Shown in pieces: positions 25,101 to 37,100 of a stretch of DNA of 64,000 nt (the first letter of the stretch is position 1; every line of letters starts with the position of its first letter). The DNA is taken from the NCBI GenBank assembly GCA_030141605.1, contig JAQGDQ010000034.1:1-64000 (forward strand), read 5' to 3'. The position numbers and the translations under genes are program-made. This DNA comes from Tubiluchus corallicola (taxonomy: Eukaryota; Animalia; Priapulida). Below the pieces are notes generated by a model. The model was given only the letters and a program-made list of their open reading frames with translations. It was not told the origin of the DNA and searched no databases.

Positions 25101-28100
25101 CAGTGACAAAAATAAATACGGTCTTTGTTTTTGTCTTTAACTAACAGTTTACAATAAACAGTCGCAGACAATACAGCACCAAAGAACTGATTAATCTTTG
25201 TTTACCAATGCACAAAGGGACACTGCAACTACAGGTCTATTAATGTTTACATCACATGATATAGACATCGCCACATGGTCTCATGTGTGACGACATCAGA
25301 AAATAAAGGCACTTACTCGATCGGCTTGTAGAACAATATTTTGAGCTATCCAGTGTTTTCTCGGACAAAACGGCCGTCGAGTGTCTCTAGCGTACAGCTG
25401 CCTCACCAACTGCGATACCATCTAGAAATGTAGTTGAGAAAATATATAAAAGTGATAAGAATCGTTATTAACTAGGAAACAGTCATGAAATCTGTGGAGG
25501 TATATAACCTGTGAGATCAAATATTATGAGCACGAAGAAAGATATATGCTCAATACAAGCATTGTGTAACAGATAATTTGTAAAACTTTGATGCTGACCT
25601 TGCAAGCATGTCAATTCATACTTGACTATGTAAACACGAACATCAGATCTTTTCTGTACTGCAAGACAGTGGTGTAGCTATGCACCCATATGCCCCAAGC
25701 GGCAGAGGCTCAAGGATTAAGCCTTGGTCAGAAAGAAGAGCCGTAAAACTGTCGGCATGAAATCACGGAGAATCAAATTTAAAGGCGAGTTGTAACAGTT
25801 TTAAAACTGATTTTAAATTCTATAGTGCATCTGGAGGTTGGAAAAACTTTACCTTTTTATAGAAAGGGTCGACTAGATTATTTTTCAGGAACCCCAACAA
25901 CATATTTAGAGTACTGAGTGATACAAGAAGAGCACTAGAATTTGAAAATGTTCTTATTAAGGCCATAAACAAGGAAGTTATGTTACAAACTACAGTAGGC
26001 TCTGTATAATTTGGTTCTGCATAATTCATAATATCGTTCATCATATTAGATGGATTCGGTAAAATGAATTTGTTTCTATATATCTTAATGCTTAAAGCAA
26101 TTGCAATTCTGAATATTTTTAACTCGGTATATTGCTAAATATGGTATATTTTAGGGGAACAAGTTACAGAGAGCCCATTGTATTTGCTCTGCATATTCTG
26201 GGCACACAAAAACATAGTCTATATAACAAATGCTCACTTTCTATGCTATCTAGTTTGGTATCTATCTTTGTTTTTGCAAACCAGCAATTCCTGATTTTAT
26301 CCTATCAATAAAATGGCAAAACAGAAAAGCAAACTGAGTGGCTGCAATATTAATGTTCCTGCTCGAATTTCCACTTTCTCAATAAATGCAGACGGTGTTT
26401 TGCGGTGAAAGTGTATAAACCTTGAATATCAAATTTCACTGCTGATAGCTTAAATACGATAACCGGGCGGTTCTATCTTGAGCTAGGGTGGCGTGAGTCT
26501 GAAACTGCCGTTAGTGCTGTGCACTTTTCTAATTAGATTTTTCAAAACAAATGGAGACAATTAACAATTTTAAAGCAAACTAAGTAAGATTTGACTAAGA
26601 AGCAGTCTTCTGTTTTAATAAATAGCTATACACATGCATCTGTTGAGAAATAATGTGAAAAAAAATGTGTCTTTGCTGAACTCAATTTATCTCGAAACTC
26701 GGACAGTTGTCTTTGATTCCTACAAATCCAAATTGCGTGAAGTTTACTGTAGTTGGCGAATTCAAAATTTCCCAATGGACTTGATTAGTTTTCTGGAGAC
26801 ATTACAGATTCTGTTACAAAGGTGATGAAAAAAAGAGAAAAACATTTTCACGATAATTCAAAATGGCTTATTTTTGTCTAAACACTATTAAAAACTGATG
26901 CCAAACTACGCAGTTTAGTTTTCGAAATATGACCTTGTATTACCTGTAGCATCGTTTCTTATACAACAGGACTTGCCGGATTTATGCCAAAGCACTAGAC
27001 GTGACGGCCTAGCAGAAAAAAATGTTGTGCAAACTATACAGTTCATTGGTAATAAATTTTCCTTTTTAATTCAAACTTCAACTGTAACTTAAAAAGCTCA
27101 CAGTGTCCAGGCCTGTCTTAAAAGCACTATAGGCACTGTGGTAAAGCAGTGCACTGGGGTCGTTACCTACACGATCACTCACAGGAATAAAAATGTAAAT
27201 GGTCAATAAAATTAAACATACATATTTTTTATACATACATAAATATATATATATATACACATAATAAAAATATACATACATATACATAAACAATATATTT
27301 ATTGTATTGCTACTTTCAACAAAATCAGTGTTTAAATATTAAAAAAACATGCTGTACAGCAAAGATTTATCAACGCAAACGTTTGAACAATATAACATGA
27401 CCCTTGAAAAACACAAAAAAGGTTTGTGTTACGTTATGTAGCAAGTAAGATCCGTACACATACATGCATGTGAAGTTGCAGAGGTGACCGTGATACTAAA
27501 ACAGTCGAATAACAACGTCTACTTGTAACACAATAACATATATTTATAGTTCAGTATAGTACAGTGTTTGTTTATTGACAACAAGTTACAACATACATAG
27601 ATTAGCATGAGGCTCCTATGCTCGTGGGGCTCCCGGGTAACTGCCCAGGGTGCCCATGCTTGAAGACAGTGTCAAAGATAATGCAGTGTAAATGTCATAG
27701 CAGCAAATTAATCACTCTGTGTACTCATGCTCAATCTGGCCACTTAGTGACTGCATTTCCATTCCTCTATTCGGGTATTTACTTAAAAATTGTCTTTCAT
27801 TTGCCAGAAGTGTTTTTAGATAATAAGGCTGCTTCAACTTCTTTGCAATGAATCTCATATTACCATGATATTTATTGTTTGCATACAACATTGTGTAGCT
27901 TACAACATACATTATGCATCTTACACCAGTGTTACCTTGAACATATGGCACCAGTCATCTAAGGTCATAGCAGAAGTAGAAGCTGTCCTGGTCTCAGTTA
28001 TGCGGAGGTAGTTTTGATGCAATGACTGAGGATGCGTCAGCTCCAGGAGGCCGAGAGAGACATCGCGTAGAGTGGTACTGATGCTGACCAATTCCTGGAG

Positions 28101-31100
28101 ACTAAACGCCATCGTTGCGGCTTTAGGAGAGCCAGTTTCTATAAGTAAAGCACAAGTAATACTAATAAATATCTAAAAAACATAATAAAATTATGTGAAA
28201 AATTTGGATATTAAACTGCAAAATTAAACTTGGATGTAAAATTCAAAAACTTTGAAAAGGAACGTGGCTAATTAAAACAATGATGCCAATATATTTCCAC
28301 TAAATAACAATAAGAGCAAGTATATTTGTAAAACGGATGGGTTCCCAGTCTTATTCCCAGAAGAAAAATCAATATGTTACAACTTTGGAGCAGGATAACT
28401 GATTAACAAAAAAGTATTTATGTAAAATTGGACTCTGTCTTTTAATAATAATGGTCTACAAAACTGGTTCTCAATTATTTATGCCACTCTCCATTAGCAG
28501 ATAATGTTCCTGATATAGGAATCTGATATGAAAGTGCCATGGTTTGCAGCTCTGCCAGTTCAGTATCTTACAAGATTATCATTGACAGCAGTTATTGAAG
28601 TACCAGTCCTGGCACAACCGTTATTACATAAAGGTTAACATATAGGCCCAGGCTTTGAACTTTGGACTCCAGGAAAATGTGTCTCCAGAAAAATGTCAAA
28701 AATGCACTTAGTAACTCTGAATATAAAATGCAATGGATAAAACCAATCAGTAACTTTAGTCAGATTTACCAAGCTCCTGGTAAAATTCATCGTCATGCAA
28801 TGTTAGCAGAGCAATGCTAAACAATGCACAGAACAATGACAGTTGAGGAAAGATTCGTCGACAATCGTGACTGTCAGGTGAAACGCCACGTGATAAGAGC
28901 TGCAACAACAGAGATTTGGATCTGTAACATAAACAAAAATGATCATTTTAAAGCAAAATGTTTAAGCACATTACGAATGTTCGATTAAAGTCGAAATTTC
29001 CTTAAAAAAATGTTTTGCTTGAAAAAAGGGCAACGAGGTCATTACAGTTTTACGTTAATACCAAGATTGATCTTAAAAATTTCCATAAAGTAATGTTAAG
29101 TTAACAATAAATTAGATTTCTTAAGTAATACTGCTATCACAACAGAATGAAACCACCAATGACGAGTTAATCTATAAAACTCCACCAGCATTTCACATAA
29201 ACAACTATTTTCTACAAAACAGACATTTTACATTTGTGAGTAAAATTAAAAAACAAAGATCAAATCTCCACGTTCGTCGAGCCAAATATAGATGTATATT
29301 GTTAAGCGCATGCACCTTGTGATAGTTGGTGTTGCCATGGTAACCAGATTTCGCCAAAGCTGATGCAAAAATGCTGGATTGAAGGCGATTGTGTAAAGTA
29401 ACCTGTTGAAACAATGGTGAGTAATGAATAACACACAATACAGTCAATAAAAACTTACTCAGACTTATCATGTTAGTTAACCTACTAAAGCAAGTGTGTT
29501 ATGGTTTCTAATTGCATCTATTTGACCACGGTGTGCAGCTATAAGGGATGTTACTGAAACGAAAATTTCGTTTGCTGATACTTGGTTCAGTTTCGTTTTC
29601 GTCGAAAATTAGTTTTGTAGTTGAAACTTTCGGTATTTTCCGTAGCAATTTTCTGAGGTTTTAGTAGTATTTATCTGGCTTACTTTTTCGTTACTCCTAC
29701 ATGTTGAAAACCTCTGAAAAATCTTTGCTAGAATAAATCAAATAAAAAGAAAATACCATTTATTTAACTTCTTGTAGCATTTATAGTATGCTTTTAACGG
29801 CAATGCGTCATATCTCCAGGCACAATCAACCGAAATATCAAAACGTAATTTGAATAAAACCAAGTTTAATTTTATATCTTATGAAACATAGGCAACAAAA
29901 TATTTACAAAATAAACTTTGCAGTTTTTTGAAGCAGCATGATGTTTAACCAGTAACATTGTTCTACTTGTTTGGTTAAGATTTCTTACCTAGCTACTTCA
30001 TCAAGTTTGCATCAGAGCAAATAAAAGCAAACAAGCAAAAACAAAGTATTTTACTTATTTGAAAAATTTGTTGCCTACAGTTTTAATAGTAGTTAGTTTT
30101 GCAAAAAATATGGTTCTGTTTCACTTTGGTAAATATGCTTCATAAATTTTGGTCTCGATTTGTAAATTCAGTTTCGGTAACATCTCTGTCATCATCATCA
30201 TTATATGCCCATTACATCTATTGTAGACACTAGGCAGGCAGAACTCTAAAGTAAAAGAAATCTGCCCCCAAGACTGGTAAATACAGCAGTAATTTGGCAA
30301 AAAACTAGACACTGTCATGCCAGTGGCTTGTCAGCACCACTTCTGAAAACACCTCTAGCAGCTATTTCAATGTCTCAAACATTAATAAATTTAAATCATG
30401 ATGCTCTTGCTCATAGAAAACAAAGCTGTTTATACGTCAAAAAAACTGTAGTGCACCTGTGCTTCTGCACGGACAACCGCGACTGACCCATCACATTGTG
30501 ACATATTTGACAAAAGGCATCCATTGTATCCGAGCTCCACTTGTGGTCGAGAATGGACAACAACGTTTGCACATGTTCAGACTCGTTGATCAACTCCATA
30601 CTGGACTGTAGTGCTACTGTAGATTCCTGCAGACTTCCAAGCTAAACAAGAAAAAGAACGGAGTGAGTATAAAGAGTTTGAAGAGAATTGACTGCCACAT
30701 TGACTATTGAGGCAAGAAAGAATATGAAATCAGTGTGTCAACCTGATGCTTACATGAATACCTCTTTATCTTAGTTACGAATTTGTATAGGACCTAACAT
30801 AGTCTAGATTAGTAGATTGCAATGACATGCTGCAGCTCCAACTTATATCTGACAAGTAAAAAAAGCATAAATTTGAAGTCAACTATACACCATCCCATTA
30901 ATATTTTTTTTACATTAAGTTGAATAAAGAGTTAAAAATTGGTAACACGATACTACGAAGCGATTAACATAGCAGAGTGGTTATGATATCCTTGGCAACC
31001 GAAGTTAAAGGCGCCGAGGCTGATAAGTGAACAGATGAGTTAACTGGTTCGATACTTGTTCTAGAAGATTTCATTTGCCGTGCTGTTTCTGGCGGTTTAT

Positions 31101-34100
31101 CTCACAGAGAGAGGACACATTCACACCTGAAGATACTTCTGCTGGTTTAATGGTTCTTCTTAGAGACCTAGGATTAACGAGTATGGTTTCGGTCTCGCCA
31201 CCATCATCCAAGTTGAGGAGAAACTGCTGCTGAATGCTGGATTAAGACTCGAAGCGCAAAAAAAATTAACAAGTTGCCTTTTGACTAAGTAGCTTGACAG
31301 ATTACACTAAGTACTAAGTGTAATCTGTTTTACATACATGTACATTCAAGAAGCCATGTTTACGTATATATAAACACATCATATATGGTAGCTCAATAAG
31401 AGCGTGCTTGAGTACCACCTGGGAAGCTGTGGGTTCAACTCTCGACTAAGTCATACAAAAGACTTGAAAAAATGGTACCACTGGTTCTTCAACCAAGCAC
31501 ATGGGTTTATTGAAGTAACATGTAGGAAATAATAATCGGGACCACCTTGGAAATGAGTATTGAGTTGCTTAAGGCGTTATCCTTGGACTATGTCCTAAAC
31601 GAAATTGTTATTATTATTATTATTACAAATTATTATTATTACATCTGTCAACTTTGTTGAGTTAAAATTAACATGCTAACAAACTAAATTGCTACAGATG
31701 TTTGTTTTACCCGTTTTGCTATCACAAACACTTACCTGTTGATCATCGTCAACAATCATTTTATTTTCATCCTCGCTGTCAGAATCAGCAGCCTGGCTCC
31801 CTCTCCCTCTCTTGGCCGTCGATAGAAGCTGTAATGTGTTACTTAGGTGCTGGAGAACTCGCAAGTAGTTCAGCAACTCTTCATAAGTAAGTTTTTCTGT
31901 AGCAAAGTATTTAAGATACAGTAAACAACACTGTTGTAAAAAGGGCAAAACTCACGAGAAATGGTAACACAGTGAAAAAAATCTGCCATGTTTCAACACC
32001 AGTAGAGAAATATAGTATCACTTACAGGCTGACCCTGAATTGTATACAAGTTTTATAGCACACGGACTGCAAATGTGGGATAGAACCTGGGTATACCACG
32101 AAGAGCCATCATATGAGGTTTTGTCCAATATTAGATTTACATAATCACAATTGAATATTGTGTTTTAAAGGCTCAGCTGAGCACAGCAAATTGCCTACAC
32201 GGGTACAATAACTAATGCAAAACTGCTTCAGTACAGCATATAACATTTTGACCAGTAGTAGGGCTGGCTTAGAGTTACACCCCCACTGGCGGTGCCAGTG
32301 GCCCGGCTACTTAAAGGCATGTCAACGAATCAAAAATACATTGTGCTATTATACGACTATTTAGAAAAATTGTGAAATAGCCAAATCTTGCATCTTCATA
32401 CACAATGTGAAGTTACAAATGTGCAACAATGCTAACTCTGCCAATACTTAGCCAAGCGCCTGCAAGCTGGATTGAAATTCTCCACTTTGAATGTAATAAC
32501 TGAAGCACTTACGACGCACTCAGTCTAGCTAGTTTTCGGTCGTGAGTTTTCTCTTTGACAGCAAACTCGCAAGTGTGAACTACTTTGCGAGTTACTGTCA
32601 GCAAGTTAACTTGCAAACTCTCTGACACTAACTGAACAGGCCTACGAGTTACTTGGCGAGTTAACTAGCGAGAAAACTTGCTACTCTGAATGCGCTGTTA
32701 GTTTGGTATTTTTCAACAAGTCCACTTTCAATCTCAAAAGACAGGCATTCAGGGAGAAGGAATGAAAGCTCTTTCTCATTTTGGAAACAAACATTTGTAT
32801 TTTGCAAGATATGCGTCATTTTGTAGGCACATATTCTGCATATCTAACTTGATAATTTTGTCGTATTATTTTTACTTGTGCTCTGCATAATGTTTCATTG
32901 ACTATGCGCTTGTCTTTAATTGTGTGTCTAACAAGTTGAACTACAAGAGTTATTACATAATGCTTAAAATAAATGGTAAAAATAAATTTTCAATAACATA
33001 TTTGCAAAACTATACTCAAAACTATTTTTTCTTAACTGATGTTTACCTATATCGTGTTTAATAAAACAAAGGAAATAGCCATGCGATAAATGTTACTCAA
33101 AATCGAAAGAGCATAGAATATCGATCAGTCAGTCTATCATACCCTTCGACCGGATATCAGCTAACTGACCAACACATCAGTCAAGCAACAATTCAAAGCA
33201 ACTACACAACTTCACCTAAAAACATGCAATAAAAACTCACTCAAGTAATGTCTCCCCAACGTGAGTACGGAATAGAGCAGCCATGGAGTGGGAAAGATAA
33301 CTAGACCTTTCTTTTCACAAATCAGGGCAGCTACGAAACTCCCAAATGGGAAAGACGGTTGTGCAGTAAGAGCTGGTAAAAGAAACTGAGATACTTGCTC
33401 AAGTAGTGGCCCACATAAAAGCTGCTGACATAGAGACACAAATGTTTTTTTCCTACAAAGAAAATATTGAACCAATAAATATATTGTAAAGCATTGATTT
33501 ACGTAATGCACATATACAAATTATTAGAATACTTTATTTTCTATGACTACTTTTTATGTTGCTAGAAGGCACAATGCTCAGTTAAGCACGTAATACACAT
33601 TTTGACCAGGCGACATCTGAAAGGTTGCAAGTTCCTGTGGCTAGATATGCAAAAAACTTTAACAATGACACTTGTTGTAGATCTGCCTAAAGCACTGTAA
33701 TAATGCTCATTCTAGTTGCAACTGAATGGAACACAGAAATTGCATAATAGTATTTACGAAAAAAGTAGTTACAATAAATTATAACCACCAGCAAACTGGC
33801 TGTTACAACAACCAAATGAAACTAAAATACTCACTTGAAATCCACATTTTCACTGGTAGATGCTTGTGCTATAGGCCTTGTTGTTAAATCAAGTAATGTT
33901 GCAGCGATTGGGCTAGGTGGTGTCACTGTATAGTCTAGACTACTTGGCACTTTAGTCTGTAACAACTCTCTGATACACTCATAGTAATCTAAAAAAAGAA
34001 TTACCATGACTATGGATATCATATGATGTTGCTGTGAAATTTGCATGTCGAGTTAAAATTGCAAGAATAAATTGAGTTTAAAAATACTGATTTTTTTAAA

Positions 34101-37100
34101 TTCTATCTGTTACAAGGAGAGATGACATTTTTGCACAATTTTCTGCTAACACTTAACAGTTGCTGCTTTTAAAACACTTAGATTTGTAAGGTACTGCCGA
34201 AAATTGACTATACATTATAATAAGATATTAATTTTAAGCACATGCAGCTTGCAGAAAAAAATGTAGTAATAAACAGAATTTTCTTGTACCAGTTGGATAA
34301 GAGGTCATTTACATTCTATTCATCTGGGAAAAAAGTCATCCCAGTTACCATTAACACGATTTTCTGCATTTAGGCTATGCTCAGACCAGTGATGTTACCG
34401 AAAATGAAATTCTCGAAACGCAGGAAACTACCAAAACAAAACCGAAATCATTTTTGCAAAACTAACTACTATCAAAACTGAAAAGAATTCCGAAATAAAC
34501 AGCACACTTTGTTTTTGCTTGTTTGCTTTTATTATATAAACGATATAATTATGCATTATTTGAACTATTTTAGTCAAAATTTTTCAGTGATTTTTAACAT
34601 CTAGGAGAAAAAAGGTCAGCTGGATAAATACTACTAAAACATTGGAAAGCTGCTACGAAAAGTTTCCACTACGAAACTTAATAATTTTCGGCGACAGTGA
34701 AACTCAACAGAAAGTGCAATTATGGGCAAACGGAAACAAAATTTTCATTTTGGTAACATCACTGGGGGTGACAGTAGCGAAATTTTCTTTTTAAAACCGC
34801 TGACACATAATTCTAATGATGCATGATATGAAACTTCTTCCATATTTGGTCAATGGTGAATATGCAACTTCTTACCCTCTCATGACATTAAAATACATTC
34901 AAACAAGCTCAACACAGTGTTGGAATGCATGCAGCTAATAATTGACAAATCAACAGTCAAACATCCAGTTTAAGCAAAAAGTTGAAGAATGACCATTGTA
35001 GCAATGACTACAAGAAATAACTGGAATGAAGTAGCTAACACAACTTACTTCTGCTAACGAGGTAGTTTAGCACGTTCTCGAGAAAACGTTTATCGCCCAG
35101 GGGAGAAGACGCTGCCGGAAGCGCGTACATCTTAGAGCCAGTGTAGATCTCTAGCATTCGCAGCTGCACAGCTATTGGCTGACTGGGGTGAAGTGAGTGC
35201 AAAATATTGCTGGAATTCAAACCGTTTATTGTTATATGCCAAAAAAAGTGGAAATGGTACCACTAACATAACCCAGACTTTCTTAATGGTCACATGATCA
35301 TGCACAAAAACTTACGGCTTTAGAAAAGTCTGTATAAGACAAAAGTCCTAAAACTACAAGTAATACAGTTGTTCAAGGAATTATCGCATTAGCAATTGTA
35401 AATGGTGAACTCTGCGGTACTGCGGTACAATCATAGACTGACTGAACAAAAGGTACTTGGTAATAACTGGGTAACACATACAGCAGTAACAGTACTTCTT
35501 ATTAAAAAAAATATCAGCCCATCTATTCAAGACACAATAAACACAATATAAACAAACACTAATTCTTTGCTTGTTCCAGGTAAACGCAATGTTAAGCGAA
35601 TCGTTGTTAAACAAACCGTTATCTCCATGTGAAATTATGTAAAAGCCTCAAAATATGTTTCAGGGGAAGAAAACAATAATATTTAATTTATATCAATTAC
35701 ACTTCTTATAAGTTTTGCACGTTTCCTTAATACTTCAATTCTTCCCACTTGTCTTATAAGCTGCCACCAAAAATCCTTCCTACCTAACTAGTAGCTTCTT
35801 TTCCAAGCTGCGCGACTGAATAAAAAAGCTACTAGTACCAGCTATTTTATGTAAATAACTCCAGTTGTCAGTGAAAAGTAGTTGTTAGAAGTCTTATGCA
35901 GTTAGACACACCATGCAATGTAATGTGCAGGTAATAATAATCGGGACCACCTTGGAAATAAATATGGAGGTACTTAAGGTGTTATCCTTGGATTATGTCC
36001 TAGACGAAATTATTATAACTATTATTATAAAGCCAAATCCAGAGCAGCCAGGCTAACAACTATGACACTGGTCTACAAATTGGTTGCTCTAGCAACAGGT
36101 TATATGCAGAATTCCCTTGCAAAAAGTTTATCCTAAGGTGATGTAAATTGCAAATACATCTCACTTAACTGAGGCTGCTGAGTTAGCGTTTAACTGCCTA
36201 TCAGGAAACAAAAATGTGAAAGCAGAGAATTTTATAGAACAGAATAATGCTGCAAATGGCTTCGTTTGTTTCAAATCGGTTAAAAAAAGCGAATGTTTAA
36301 ACAAAGACAAGTTGTTTTGAAGAAAGTAAGAAAATCGTCACTAAAATGGCACGTTAAGTGAGACAAAGGTGCCGATCGTTTAGCATCATTAAACGAAGTG
36401 ACGTTAAACAAGGCGCCATTAAACAAGGACTTACTGTAGCAACAGTAAACAATACAATTAGTTTAGAAAAATAAAATGCATATGTAGTATTGCTATATTT
36501 CAAATGAGTTATCCTACTTTTATAACTAGGGATATAAACTTTGCGCAAGATATGGCACGATAATTCATGTTCAACTTTAACTGGTCTCTACTTTGAATAA
36601 ATCGTTGAATAGCATGGAAATGTATTACAGACCTGCAACAAATGTATAGTAACCGTTTGATCCTGTACAATGTTGTTGCACAGTTGTGCAATAATCCGTC
36701 AGTCAGGAAAGAAGGATTTTTGAGTAACAGCTGACACAATGCCACCTATGAAAAAACAGAGTGAAAAAATGCAATTACGAACGAGTGTTTAACGAAACCT
36801 GTCATTTGTAAACTGACTGTGTGCAAAACTATTTGAAGTTAGGAAAATAAATACACGAAAAAGCCAGCCTTTAGGAATTAACATGTTTATTAAGTACAGA
36901 TGATCATTTCCGCTTAGCAGAATAACACCCTACTATCGTTGGCAGCACCGTGCCATACTTTATTTCTGTGTTTTAAATTAACTTTCATCAAGTCCTTGTG
37001 GACTGTGTTTCTTTTCTGTTTCCCACTGGTTGTAAAAATATGAAAATTTGTAGTAGTAGTTTTTGTTTTATTCTTTTAACGTTTATTTATTTTTTATCAT

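Noticed and set aside
25800-26130. Possible LINE 3'-end remnant; similar weak echoes at ~43480-43740 and ~50000-50340
   Set aside because: Motif resemblance is too weak to support by eye; needs a profile search.
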